From Squalus acanthias (lineage: Eukaryota), in contig CM059438.1 of NCBI GenBank assembly GCA_030390025.1, forward strand, positions 59,894,001 to 59,958,000: a DNA stretch of 64,000 bases, given 5' to 3'. The position numbers and the translations under genes are program-made. The stretch's first letter is position 1. Each line of letters begins with the position of its first letter. The notes beneath the pieces are model-generated. The model saw only the letters and a list, made by a program, of their open reading frames with translations, was not told the origin of the DNA and did no database searches. Shown here piece after piece: positions 15,001 to 30,000 of the stretch.

Positions 15001-18000
15001 CAGTGAGACCAGGGGCGGTGACACTATAGAGAGAGGCAGCAGTGAACAGTGAGACCAGGGCGGTGACACTATAGAGAGAGGGCACGTGAACAGTGAGACC
15101 AGGGGCGTGACACTATAGAGAGAGGCAGCACGAACAGTGAGACCAGGGGCGGTGACACTATAGAGAGAGGCAGCACGAACAGTGAGACCAGGGCGGTGAC
15201 ACTATAGAGAGAGGCAGCGTGAACAGTGAGACCAGGGGCGGTGACACTATAGAGAGAGGCAGCACGAACAGTGAGACCAGGGGCGGTGACACTATAGAGA
15301 GAGGCAGCGTGAACAGTGAGACCAGGGGCGGTGACACTATAGAGAGAGGCAGCGTGAACAGTGAGACCAGGGGCGGTGACACTATAGAGAGAGGCAGCAC
15401 GAACAGTGAGACCAGGGGCGGTGACACTATAGAGAGAGGCAGAGTGAACAGTGAGACCAGGGCGGTGACACTATAGAGAGAGGCAGCACGAACAGTGAGA
15501 CCAGGGGCGGTGACACTATAGAGAGAGGCAGCACGAACAGTGAGACCAGGGCGGTGACACTATAGAGAGAGGCAGCACGAACAGTGAGACCAGGGCGGTG
15601 ACACTATAGAGAGAGGCAGAGTGAACAGTGAGACCAGGGCGGTGACACTATAGAGAGAGGCAGAGTGAACAGTGAGACCAGGGGCGGTGACACTATAGAG
15701 AGAGGCAGAGTGAAACAGTGAGACCAGGGCGGTGACACTATAGAGAGAGGCAGCACGAACAGTGAGACCAGGGCGGTGACACTATAGAGAGAGGCAGCAC
15801 GAACAGTGAGACCAGGGGCGGTGACACTATAGAGAGAGCAGCGGAACAGTGAGGACCAGGGGGCGCTGACACTATAGAGAGAGGCAGCACTGAACAGAGA
15901 GACCAGGGGCGGTGGACACTATAGAGGAGAGGCAGAGTACAGTGAGACCAAGGGGCGGTGGGACACTATAGAGAGAGGCAAGCAACGATGACAGATGAGA
16001 CCAGGAGCAGCGGTGACACTATAGAGAGAGGCAGCACGAACAGTGAGACCAGGGGCGGGTGACACTATAGAGAGAGGCAGCCACGAACAGTGAGACCAGG
16101 GGCGGTGACACTATAGAGAGAGGCAGCACGAACAGTGAGACCAGGGCGGTGACACTATAGAGAGAGGCAGCACGAACAGTGAGACCAGGGGCGGTGACAC
16201 TATAGAGAGAGGCAGCGTGAACAGTGAGACCAGGGGCGGTGACACTATAGAGAGAGGCAGCACGAACAGTGAGACCAGAGGGCGGTGACACTATAGAGAG
16301 AGGCAGCAGTGAACAGTGAGACCAGGGCGGTGACACTATAGAGAGAGGCAGCGTGAACAGTGAGACCAGGCGGTGACACTATAGAGAGAGGCAGAGTGAA
16401 CAGTGAGACCAGGGGCGGTGACACTATAGAGAGAGGCAGCGTGAACAGTGAGACCAGGGCGGTGACACTATAGAGAGAGGCAGCACGAACAGTGAGACCA
16501 GGGGCGGTGACACTATAGAGAGAGGCAGCACGAACAGTGAGACCAGGGGCGGTGACACTATAGAGAGAGGCAGCACGAACAGTGAGACCAGGGGCGGTGA
16601 CACTATAGAGAGAGGCAGCACGAACAGTGAGACCAGGGCGGTGACACTATAGAGAGAGGCAGCACGAACAGTGAGACCAGGGGCGGTGACACTATAGAGA
16701 GGCAGCACGAACAGTGAGACCAGGGCGGTGACACTATAGAGAGAGGCAGCACGAACAGTGAGACCAGGGCGGTGACACTATAGAGAGAGGCAGCACGAAC
16801 AGTGAGACCAGGGCGGTGACACTATAGAGAGAGGCAGCACGAACAGTGAGACCAGGGGCGGTGACACTATAGAGAGAGGCAGCACGAACAGTGAGACCAG
16901 GGGCGGTGACACTATAGAGAGAGGCAGAGTGAACAGTGAGACCAGGGCGGTGACACTATAGAGAGAGGCAGCGTGAACAGTGAGACCAGGGCGGTGACAC
17001 TATAGAGAGAGGCAGCAGTGAACAGTGAGACCAGGGGCGTGACACTATAGAGAGAGGCAGCACGAACAGTGAGACCAGGGGCGGTGACACTATAGAGAGA
17101 GGCAGCACGAACAGTGAGACCAGGGGCGGTGACACTATAGAGAGAGGCAGCACGAACAGTGAGACCAGGGGCGGTGACACTATAGAGAGAGGCAGCACGA
17201 ACAGTGAGACCAGGGGCGGTGACACTATAGAGAGAGGCAGCACGAACAGTGAGACCAGGGGCGGTGACACTATAGAGAGAGGCAGCACGAACAGTGAGAC
17301 CAGGGCGGTGACACTATAGAGAGAGGCAGCACGAACAGTGAGACCAGGGGCGGTGACACTATAGAGAGAGCAGCACGAACAGTGAGACCAGGGGCGGTGA
17401 CACTATAGAGAGAGGCAGCACGAACAGTGAGACCAGGGGCGGTGACACTATAGAGAGAGGCAGAGTGAACAGTGAGACCAGGGGCGGTGACACTATAGAG
17501 AGAGGCAGCAGAACAGTGAGACCAGGGGCGTGACACTATAGAGAGAGGCAGCGTGAACAGTGAGACCAGGGCGGTGACACTATAGAGAGAGGCAGCAGTG
17601 AACAGTGAGACCAGGGCGGTGACACTATAGAGAGAGGCAGCACGAACAGTGAGACCAGGGGCGGTGACACTATAGAGAGAGGCAGCACGAACAGTGAGAC
17701 CAGGGGGGTGACACTATAGAGAGAGGCAGCACGAACAGTGAGACCAGGGGCGGTGACACTATAGAGAGAGGCAGCACGAACAGTGAGACCAGGGCGGTGA
17801 CACTATAGAGAGAGGCAGCGAACAGTGAGACCAGGGGCGGTGACACTATAGAGAGAGCAGGATGAACAGTGAGACCAGGGGCGGTGACACTATAGAGAGG
17901 AGGCAGCGTGAACAGTGGAACCAGGGGCGGTGACACTATAGAGAGAGGCAGCACGAACAGTGAGACCAGGGGCGGTGACACTATAGAGAGAGGCAGCACG

Positions 18001-21000
18001 AACAGTGAGACCAGGGGCGGTGACACTATAGAGAGAGGCAGAGTGAACAGTGAGACCAGAGGTCGGTGACACTATAGAGAGAGGCGAGCAGCGAACAGTG
18101 AGACCAGGGGCGGTGACACTATAGAGAGAGCAGCACGAACAGTGAGACCAGGGGCGGTGACACTCTAGAGAGAGGCAGCGGAACAGTGAGACCAGGGGCG
18201 GTGACACTATAGAGAGAGGCAGCAGAACAGTGAGACCAGGGGCGGTGACACTATAGAGAGAGGCAGCGTGAACAGTGAGACCAGGGGCGGTGACAGCTAT
18301 AGAGAGAGGCGCAGCACGAACAGTGAGACCAGGGGCGGTGACACTATAGAGAGAGGCAGCACGAACAGTGAGACCAGGGGCGGTGACACTATAGAGAGAG
18401 GCAGCGTGAACAGTGAGACCAGGGGCGGTGACACTATAGAGAGAGGCAGCACGAACAGTGACCAGGGCGGTGACACTATAGAGAGAGGCAGACGAACAGT
18501 GAGACCAGGGCGGTGACACTATAGAGAGAGGCAGAGTGAACAGTGAGACCAGGGGCGTGACACTATAGAGAGAGGCAGCACGAACAGTGAGACCAGGGGC
18601 GGTGACACTATAGAGAGAGGCAGCGTGAACAGTGAGACCAGGGGCGGTGACACTATAGAGAGAGGCAGTGAACAGTGAGACCAGGGGCGGTGACACTATA
18701 GAGAGAGGCAGCAGCACGAACAGTGAGACCAGGGGCGGTGACACTATAGAGAGAGGCAGCACGAACAGTGAGACCAGGGCGGTGACACTATAGAGAGGCA
18801 GCGTGAACAGTGAGACCAGGGGCGGTGACACTATAGAGAGAGGCAGCACGAACAGTGAGACCAGGGCGGTGACACTATAGAGAGAGGCAGCACGAACAGT
18901 GAGACCAGGGGCGGTGACACTATAGAGAGAGGCAGCACGAACAGTGAGACCAGGGGCGGTGACACTATAGAGAGAGGCAGCACGAACAGTGAGACCAGGG
19001 GCGGTGACACTATAGAGAGAGGCAGCACGAACAGTGAGACCAGGGGCGGTGACACTATAGAGAGAGGCAGCGTGAACAGTGAGACCAGGGGGTGACACTA
19101 TAGAGAGCAGCGTGAACAGTGAGACCAGGGCGGTGACACTATAGAGAGAGGCACACGTGACAGTGAGACCAGGGGCGGTGACACTATAGAGAGAGGCAGA
19201 GTGAACAGTGAGACCAGGGGCGGTGACACTATAGAGAGAGGCAGCGTGAACAGTGAGACCAGGGGCGGTGACACTATAGAGAGAGGCAGCACGAACAGTG
19301 AGACCAGGGCGGTGACACTATAGAGAGAGGCAGCACGAACAGTGAGACCAGGGCGGTGACACTATAGAGAGAGGCAGCGTGAACAGTGAGACCAGGGGCG
19401 GTGACACTATAGAGAGAGGCAGCACGAACAGTGAGACCAGGGGCGGTGACACTATAGAGAGAGGCAGCACGAACAGTGAGACCAGGGGCGGTGACACTAT
19501 AGAGAGAGGCAGCAGTGAACAGTGAGACCAGGGCGGTGACACTATAGAGAGAGGCAGCACGAACAGTGAGACCAGGGGCGGTGACCACTATAGAGAGAGG
19601 CAGCACGAACAGTGAGACCAGGGGCGGTGACACTATAGAGAGAGGCAGCACGAACAGTGAGACCAGGGGCGGTGACACTATAGAGAGAGGCAGCACGAAC
19701 AGTGAGACCAGGGGCGGTGACACTATAGAGAGAGGCAGCCGAAACAGTGAGACCAGGGGGCGGTGACACTATAGAGAGAGGCAGCGTGAACAGTGAGACC
19801 AGGGGCGGTGACACTATAGAGAGAGGCAGCAGTGAACAGTGAGACCAGGGGCGAGTGACACTATAGAGAGAGGCAGAGTGAACAGTGAGACCAGGGGCGG
19901 TGACACTATAGAGAGAGGCGCGTGAACAGTGAGACCAGGGGCGGTGACACTATAGAGAGAGGCAGCACGAACAGTGAGACCAGGGGCGGTGACACTATAG
20001 AGAGAGGCAGCACGAACAGTGAGACCAGGGGCGGTGACACTATAGAGAGAGGCAGGCACGAACCAGTGATCGAACATGGAGACCAGGGGCGGTGACACTA
20101 TAGAGAGAGGCAGCGTGAACAGTGAGACCAGGGGCGGTGACACTATAGAGAGAGGCAGCACGAACAGTGAGACCAGGGGCGGTGACACTATAGAGAGAGG
20201 CAGCACGAACAGTGAGACCAGGGGCGGTGACACTATAGAGAGAGGCAGCTGAACAGTGAGACCAGGGGGCGGTGACACTATAGAGAGAGGCAGCGTGAAC
20301 AGTGAGACCAGGGGCGGTGACACTATAGAGAGAGGCAGCGTGAACAGTGAGACCAGGGGCGGTGACACTATAGAGAGAGGCAGCAGCTGAACAGTGAGAC
20401 CAGGGGCGGTGACACTATAGAGAGAGGCAGACGAACAGTGAGACCAGGGCGGTGACACTATAGAGAGAGGCAGCACGAACAGTGAGACCAGGGCGGTGAC
20501 ACTATAGAGAGAGGCAGCACGAACAGTGAGACCAGGGGCGGTGACACTATAGAGAGAGGCAGCACGAACAGTGAGACCAGGGGCGGTGACACTATAGAGA
20601 GAGGCAGAGTGAACAGTGAGACCAGGGCGGTGACACTATAGAGAGAGGCAGCACGAACAGTGAGACCAGGGGCGGTGACACTATAGAGAGAGGCAGAACA
20701 GTGAGACCAGGGGCGGTGACACTATAGAGAGAGGCAGCACGAACAGTGAGACCAGGGGCGGTGACACTATAGAGAGAGGCAGTGAACAGTGAGACCAGGG
20801 GCGGTGACACTATAGAGAGAGGCAGAGTGAACAGTGAGACCAGGGGCGGTGACACTATAGAGAGAGGCAGCACGAACAGTGAGACCAGGGCGGTGACACT
20901 ATAGAGAGAGGCAGCGTGAACAGTGAGACCAGGGCGGTGACACTATAGAGAGAGGCAGCGTGAACAGTGAGACCAGGGGCGGTGACACTATAGAGAGAGG

Positions 21001-24000
21001 CAGCCGTGAACAGTGAGACCAGGGCGGTGACACTATAGAGAGAGGCAGCACGAACAGTGAACCAGGGGCGGTGACACTATAGAGAGAGGCCAGCGTGAAC
21101 AGTGAGACCAGGGGCGGTGACACTATAGAGAGAGGCAGAGTGAACAGTGAGACCAGGGGCGGTGACACTATAGAGAGAGGCAGCACGAACAGTGAGACCA
21201 GGGGCGGTGACACTATAGAGAGAGGCAGCACGAACAGTGAGACCAGGGGCGGTGACACTATAGAGAGAGGCAGCGTGAACAGTGAGACCAGGGCGGTGAC
21301 ACTATAGAGAGAGGCAGCTGAACAGTGAGACCAGGGGCGGTGACACTATAGAGAGAGGCAGCGTCGAACAGTGAGACCAGGGGCGGTGACACTATAGAGA
21401 GAGGCAGCAGTGAACAGTGAGACCAGGGGCGGTGACACTATAGAGAGAGGCAGCACGAACAGTGAGACCAGGGGCGGTGACACTATAGAGAGAGGCAGCA
21501 CGAACAGTGAGACCAGGGGCGGTGACACTATAGAGAGAGGCAGCACGAACAGTGAGACCAGGGGCGGTGACACTATAGAGAGAGGCAGCACGAACAGTGA
21601 GACCAGGGGCGGTGACACTATAGAGAGAGGCAGCGTGAACAGTGAGACCAGGGGCGGTGACACTATAGAGAGAGGCAGCACGAACAGTGAGACCAGGGGC
21701 GGTGACACTATAGAGAGAGGCAGCGTGAACAGTGAGACCAGGGGCGGTGACACTATAGAGAGAGGCAGAGTGAACAGTGAGACCAGGGGCGGTGACACTA
21801 TAGAGAGAGGCAGCGTGAACAGTGAGACCAGGGGCGGTGACACTATAGAGAGAGGCAGCACGAACAGTGAGACCAGGGGCGGTGACACTATAGAGAGAGG
21901 CAGCGTGAACAGTGAGACCAGGGGCGGTGACACTATAGAGAGAGGCAGCGTGAACAGTGAGACCAGGGGCGGTGACACTATAGAGAGAGGCAGCACGAAC
22001 AGTGAGACCAGGGGCGGTGACACTATAGAGAGAGGCAGCACGAACAGTGAGACCAGGGGCGGTGACACTATAGAGAGAGGCAGAGTGAACAGTGAGACCA
22101 GGGGCGGTGACACTATAGAGAGAGGCAGCGTGAACAGTGAGACCAGGGGCGGTGACACTATAGAGAGAGGCAGCACGAACAGTGAGACCAGGGGCGGTGA
22201 CACTATAGAGAGAGGCAGCGTGAACAGTGAGACCAGGGGCGTGACACTATAGAGAGAGGCAGCACGAACAGTGAGACCAGGGGCGGTGACACTATAGAGA
22301 GAGGCAGCGTGAACAGTGAGACCAGGGCGGTGACACTATAGAGAGAGGCAGCACGAACAGTGAGACCAGGGGCGGTGACACTATAGAGAGAGGCAGCGTG
22401 AACAGTGAGACCAGGGGCGGTGACACTATAGAGAGAGGCAGCGTGAACAGTGAGACCAGGGGCGGTGACACTATAGAGAGAGGCAGCGTGAACAGTGAGA
22501 CCAGGGGCGGTGACACTATAGAGAGAGGCAGCGTGAACAGTGAGACCAGGGGCGGTGACACTATAGAGAGAGGCAGCGTGAACAGTGAGACCAGGGGCGG
22601 TGACACTATAGAGAGAGGCAGCGTGAACAGTGAGACCAGGGGCGGTGACACTATAGAGAGAGGCAGCACGAACAGTGAGACCAGGGGCGGTGACACTATA
22701 GAGAGAGGCAGCACGAACAGTGAGACCAGGGGCGGTGACACTATAGAGAGAGGCAGCACGAACAGTGAGACCAGGGGCGGTGACACTATAGAGAGAGGCA
22801 GCACGAACAGTGAGACCAGGGGCGGTGACACTATAGAGAGAGGCAGCGTGAACAGTGAGACCAGGGGCGGTGACACTATAGAGAGAGGCAGCACGAACAG
22901 TGAGACCAGGGGCGGTGACACTATAGAGAGAGGCAGCACGAACAGTGAGACCAGGGGCGGTGACACTATAGAGAGAGGCAGCACGAACAGTGAGACCAGG
23001 GGCGGTGACACTATAGAGAGAGGCAGCGTGAACAGTGAGACCAGGGGCGGTGACACTATAGAGAGAGGCAGCACGAACAGTGAGACCAGGGGCGGTGACA
23101 CTATAGAGAGAGGCAGCACGAACAGTGAGACCAGGGGCGGTGACACTATAGAGAGAGGCAGCACGTGAACAGTGAGACCAGGGGCGGTGACACTATAGAG
23201 AGAGGCAGAGTGAACAGTGAGACCAGGGGCGGTGACACTATAGAGAGAGGCAGCGTGAACAGTGAGACCAGGGGCGGTGACACTATAGAGAGAGGCAGCA
23301 CGAACAGTGAGACCAGGGGCGGTGACACTATAGAGAGAGGCAGCACGAACAGTGAGACCAGGGGCGGTGACACTATAGAGAGAGGCAGAGTGAACAGTGA
23401 GACCAGGGGCGGTGACACTATAGAGAGAGGCAGCACGAACAGTGAGACCAGGGGCGGTGACACTATAGAGAGAGGCAGAGTGAACAGTGAGACCAGGGGC
23501 GGTGACACTATAGAGAGAGGCAGCACGAACAGTGAGACCAGGGGCGGTGACACTATAGAGAGAGGCAGCACGAACAGTGAGACCAGGGGCGGTGACACTA
23601 TAGAGAGAGGCAGCACGAACAGTGAGACCAGGGGCGGTGACACTATAGAGAGAGGCAGCACGAACAGTGAGACCAGGGGCGGTGACACTATAGAGAGAGG
23701 CAGCACGAACAGTGAGACCAGGGGCGGTGACACTATAGAGAGAGGCAGCACGAACAGTGAGACCAGGGGCGGTGACACTATAGAGAGAGGCAGCACGAAC
23801 AGTGAGACCAGGGGCGGTGACACTATAGAGAGAGGCAGCACGAACAGTGAGACCAGGGGCGGTGACACTATAGAGAGAGGCAGCACGAACAGTGAGACCA
23901 GGGGCGGTGACACTATAGAGAGAGGCAGAGTGAACAGTGAGACCAGGGGCGGTGACACTATAGAGAGAGGGCAGCGTGAACAGTGAGACCAGGGGCGGTG

Positions 24001-27000
24001 ACACTATAGAGAGAGGCAGAGTGAACAGTGAGACCAGGGGCGGTGACACTATAGAGAGAGGCAGCAGTGAACAGTGAGACCAGGGGCGGTGACACTATAG
24101 AGAGAGGCAGCGACGAACAGTGAGACCAGGGGCGGTGACACTATAGAGAGAGGCAGCGTGAACAGTGAGACCAGGGGCGGTGACACTATAGAGAGAGGCA
24201 GCACGAACAGTGAGACCAGGGGCGGTGACACTATAGAGAGAGGCAGAGTGAACAGTGAGACCAGGGGCGGTGACACTATAGAGAGAGGCAGCACGAACAG
24301 TGAGACCAGGGGCGGTGACACTATAGAGAGAGGCAGCACGAACAGTGAGACCAGGGGCGGTGACACTATAGAGAGAGGCAGAGTGAACAGTGAGACCAGG
24401 GGCGGTGACACTATAGAGAGAGGCAGCTCGAACAGTGAGACCAGGGGCGGTGACACTATAGAGAGAGGCAGCACGAACAGTGAGACCAGGGGCGGTGACA
24501 CTATAGAGAGAGGCAGCACGAACAGTGAGACCAGGGGCGGTGACACTATAGAGGAGAGGCAGCACGAACAGTGAGACCAGGGGCGGTGACACTATAGAGA
24601 GAGGCAGAGTGAACAGTGAGACCAGGGGGCGGTGACACTATAGAGAGAGGCAGCTGGAACAGTGAGACCAGGGGCGGTGACACTATAGAGAGAGGCAGCA
24701 CGAACAGTGAGACCAGGGGCGGTGACACTATAGAGAGAGGCAGAGTGAACAGTGAGACCAGGGGCGGTGACACTATAGAGAGAGGCAGCGTGAACAGTGA
24801 GACCAGGGGCGGTGACACTATAGAGAGAGGCAGCACGAACAGTGAGACCAGGGGGCGGTGACACTATAGAGAGAGGCAGAGTGAACAGTGAGACAGGGGC
24901 GGTGACACTATAGAGAGAGGCAGCGTGAACAGTGAGACCAGGGGCGGTGACACTTATAGAGAGAGGCAGCTGAACAGTGAGACCAGAGGCGGTGACACTA
25001 TAGAGAGAGGCAGCACGAACAGTGAGACCAGGGGCGGTGACACTATAGAGCGAGGCAGCACGGAACAGTGAGACCAGGGGCGGTGACTCTATAGAGAGAG
25101 GCAGCACGAACAGTGAGACCAGGGGCGGTGGACACTATAGAGAGAGGCAGCACGAACAGTGAGACCAGGGGCGGTGACACTATAGAGAGAGGCAGCAGTG
25201 AACAGTGAGACCAGGGGCGGTGACACTATAGAGAGAGGCAGCGTGAACAGTGAGACCAGGGGCGGTGACACTATAGAGAGAGGCAGCGTGAACAGTGAGA
25301 CCAGGGGCGGTGACACTATAGAGAGAGGCAGCACGAACAGTGAGACCAGGGGCGGTGACACTATAGAGAGAGCAGAGTGAACAGTGAGACCAGGGGCGGT
25401 GACACTATAGAGAGAGGCAGCACGAACAGTGAGACCAGGGGCGGTGACACTATAGAGAGAGGCAGCGTGAACAGTGAGACCAGGGGCGGTGACACTATAG
25501 AGAGAGGCAGCGTGAACAGTGAGACCAGGGGCGGTGACACTATAGAGAGAGGCAGCACGAACAGTGAGACCAGGGGCGGTGACACTATAGAGAGAGGCAG
25601 CACGAACAGTGAGACCAGGGGCGGTGACACTATAGAGAGAGGCAGCGTGAACAGTGAGACCAGGGGCGGTGACACTATAGAGAGAGGCAGCACGAACAGT
25701 GAGACCAGGGGCGGTGACACTATAGAGAGAGGCAGAGTGAACAGTGAGACCAGGGGCGGTGACACTATAGAGAGAGGCAGCGTGAACAGTGAGACCAGGG
25801 GCGGTGACACTATAGAGAGAGGCAGCACGAACAGTGAGACCAGGGGCGGTGACACTATAGAGAGAGGCAGCGTGAACAGTGAGACCAGGGGCGGTGACAC
25901 TATAGAGAGAGGCAGCAGCGAACAGTGAGACCAGGGGCGGTGACACTATAGAGAGAGGCAGCACGAACAGTGAGACCAGGGGGCGGTGACACTATAGAGA
26001 GAGGCAGCGTCGAACAGTGAGACCAGGGGGCGGTGACACTATAGAGAGAGGCAGCACGAACAGTGAGACCAGGGGCGGTGTACTTAGAGAGAGCAGACGA
26101 ACAGTGAGACCAGGGGCGGTGACACTATAGAGAGAGGCAGCGTGAACAGTGAGACCAGGGCGGTGACACTATAGAGAGAGGCAGCGTGAACAGTGAGACC
26201 AGGGGCGGTGACACTATAGAGAGAGGCAGCACGAACAGTGAGACCAGGGGCGGTGACACTATAGAGAGAGGCAGCACGAACAGTGAGACCAGGGGCGGTG
26301 ACGCTATAGAGAGAGCAGCACGAACAGTGAGACCAGGGGCGGTGACACTATAGAGAGAGGCAGCGTGAACAGTGAGACCAGGGCGGTGACACTATAGAGA
26401 GAGGCAGCACGAACATGAGACCAGGGGCGGTGACACTATAGAGAGAGGCAGCACGAACAGTGAGACCAGGGGCGGTGACACTATAGAGAGAGGCAGCAGC
26501 GAGACAGTGAGACCAGGGGCGTGACGCTATAGAGAGAGGCAGCACGAACAGTGAGACCAGGGGCTGGTGACACTATAGAGAGAGGCAGCACGAACAGTGA
26601 GACCAGGGAGCGGGAGACACTATAAGAGAGAGGACAGCACGAACAGTGAGACCAGGGGCGGTGACTCTATAGCGAGAGGCAGAGTGACAGTGAGACCAGG
26701 GGGGCGGTGACACTATAGAGAGAGGGCAAGCACGGACAGTGGAGGACCAGGGGCGGTGACACTATAGAGAGAGGCAGCGTGAATACAGCTGAGACCAGGG
26801 GCAGGTGACACTATAGAGAGTGGGCAGAGTGAACAGTGAGACCCAGGGGCGGTGACACTATAAGAGAGGGCAGCCGTGACAGTGAGGACAGGGGGCTGTG
26901 GTGACGACTCAGAGAGAGGGCAGCGACGAACAGTGAGACCAGGGGAGGTGACACTATAGAGAGAGGCACAGCGGAACAGTAGAGGACCAGGGCCGGGTGA

Positions 27001-30000
27001 CAGCTATAGAGAGAGGGCGAGCACGAACAGTAGAACCAGGGGCGGTGGACACTATAGAGTGAGCAGCGTGAACAGTGGAGAGCCAGGGGCGGTGACACTA
27101 TAGAGAGAGGCAGCGTGACAGTGAGACCAGGGGCGGTGACACTATAGAGAGAGGCAGCACGAACAGTGAGACCAGGGGCGGTGACAGCTATATGAGAGCG
27201 GCAGCAATCGAACAGTGAGACCAGGGGCGGTGACACTATAGGAGAGGCAGCAGCTGAACAGTGAGACCAGGGCGGGGTGACACCTATTAGAGAGAGGCCA
27301 GAGTGAACAGTGAGACCAGGGGCGGGAGACACTATAGAGAGAGGCAGCACGAACATGTGAGACCAGGGCGGTGACACTATAGAGAGAGGCAGCAGCTGAA
27401 CAGTGAGGACCAGGGGCGGTGACACTAGCGAGAGGATAGCACGAAACAGTGAGACCAGGGGCGGTGACACTATAGGAGAGGGCAGAGTGAGACAGTGAGA
27501 CCAGGGGCGGTGACACTATAGAGAGAGCAGAGGTGAACAGTGAGTCCAGGGTCGGTGACAGCTATAGAGAGAGGCAGCAGGCAACAGTGGAGACAGGGAC
27601 GTGACACTATAGAGAGAGGCAGCGTGAACAGTAGACCAGGGCTGGTGACACTATAGAGAGAGGCAGAGTGTACCAGTGAGACCAGGGGCGGTGACTTGCA
27701 CTCTAGAGAGAGGCAGACGGTAACAGTGAGACCAGGGCGGGGTGACACTATAGAGAGAGGCAGCACGAACAGTGAGACCAGGGGGCCGGTGACACTATAG
27801 AGCCACGACAGATCCAGGGTCGTTGACACGAACAGTGAGACCAGGGGCGGTGACACTATAGAGAGAGGCAGCACGAACAGTGAGACCAGGGGCGGTGACA
27901 CTATAGAGAGAGGCAGCGTGAACAGTGAGACCAGGGGCGGTGACACTATAGAGAGAGGCAGCACGAACAGTGAGACCAGGGGCGGTGACACTATAGAGAG
28001 AGGCAGCACGAACAGTGAGACCAGGGGCGGTGACACTATAGAGAGAGGCAGCACGAACAGTGAGACCAGGGGCGGTGACACTATAGAGAGAGGCAGAGTG
28101 AACAGTGAGACCAGGGGCGGTGACACTATAGAGAGAGGCAGCACGAACAGTGAGACCAGGGGCGGTGACACTATAGAGAGAGGCAGCACGAACAGTGAGA
28201 CCAGGGGCGGTGACACTATAGAGAGAGGCAGCGTGAACAGTGAGACCAGGGGCGGTGACACTATAGAGAGAGGCAGCGTGAACAGTGAGACCAGGGGCGG
28301 TGACACTATAGAGAGAGGCAGCACGAACAGTGAGACCAGGGGCGGTGACACTATAGAGAGAGGCAGCGTGAACAGTGAGACCAGGGGCGGTGACACTATA
28401 GAGAGAGGCAGCGTGAACAGTGAGACCAGGGGCGGTGACACTATAGAGAGAGGCAGTGAACAGTGAGACCAGGGGCGGTGACACTATAGAGAGAGGCAGC
28501 GTGAACAGTGAGACCAGGGGCGGTGACACTATAGAGAGAGGCAGAGTGAACAGTGAGACCAGGGGCGGTGACACTATAGAGAGAGGCAGCACGAACAGTG
28601 AGACCAGGGGCGGTGACACTATAGAGAGAGGCAGAGTGAACAGTGAGACCAGGGGCGGTGACACTATAGAGAGAGGCAGCGTGAACAGTGAGACCAGGGG
28701 CGGTGACACTATAGAGAGAGGCAGAGTGAACAGTGAGACCAGGGGCGGTGACACTATAGAGAGAGGCAGCGTGAACAGTGAGACCAGGGGCGGTGACACT
28801 ATAGAGAGAGGCAGCGTGAACAGTGAGACCAGGGGCGGTGACACTATAGAGAGAGGCAGCGTGAACAGTGAGACCAGGGGCGGTGACACTATAGAGAGAG
28901 GCAGAGTGAACAGTGAGACCAGGGGCGGTGACACTATAGAGAGAGGCAGCACGAACAGTGAGACCAGGGGCGGTGACACTATAGAGAGAGGCAGCGTGAA
29001 CAGTGAGACCAGGGGCGGTGACACTATAGAGAGAGGCAGCGTGAACAGTGAGACCAGGGGCGGTGACACTATAGAGAGAGGCAGAGTGAACAGTGAGACC
29101 AGGGGCGGTGACACTATAGAGAGAGGCAGAGTGAACAGTGAGACCAGGGGCGGTGACACTATAGAGAGAGGCAGCACGAACAGTGAGACCAGGGGCGGTG
29201 ACACTATAGAGAGAGGCAGAGTGAACAGTGAGACCAGGGGCGGTGACACTATAGAGAGAGGCAGCGTGAACAGTGAGACCAGGGGCGGTGACACTATAGA
29301 GAGAGGCAGCGTGAACAGTGAGACCAGGGGCGGTGACACTATGAGAGAGGCAGCACGAACAGTGAGACCAGGGGCGGTGACACTATAGAGAGAGGCAGCA
29401 CTGAACAGTGAGACCTCGGGCGGTGACACTATAGAGAGAGGCAGCACGAACAGGAGACCAGGGGCGGTGACACTATAGAGAGAGGCAGCACGACAGTGAG
29501 ACCAGGGGCGGTGACACTATAGAGAGAGGCAGCGTGAACAGTGAGACCAGGGGCGGTGACACTATAGAGAGAGGCAGCGTGAACAGTGAGACCAGGGGCG
29601 GTGACACTATAGAGAGAGGCAGCGTGAACAGTGAGACCAGGGGCGGTGACACTATAGAGAGAGGCAGCACGAACAGTGAGACAGGGGCGGTGACACTATA
29701 GAGAGAGGCAGATCGAACAGTGAGACCAGGGGCGGTGACACTATAGAGAGAGGCAGCGTGAACAGTGAGGACCAGGGGCGGTGACACTATAGAGAGAGGC
29801 AGCACGAACAGTGAGACCAGGGCGGTGACACTATAGAGAGAGGCAGCACGAACAGTGAGACCAGGGGCGGTGACACTATAGAGAGAGGCAGCGTGAACAG
29901 TGAGACCAGGGGCGGTGACACTATAGAGAGAGGCAGCGTGAACAGTGAGACCAGGGGCGGTGACACTATAGAGAGAGGCAGCACGAACAGTGGAGACCAG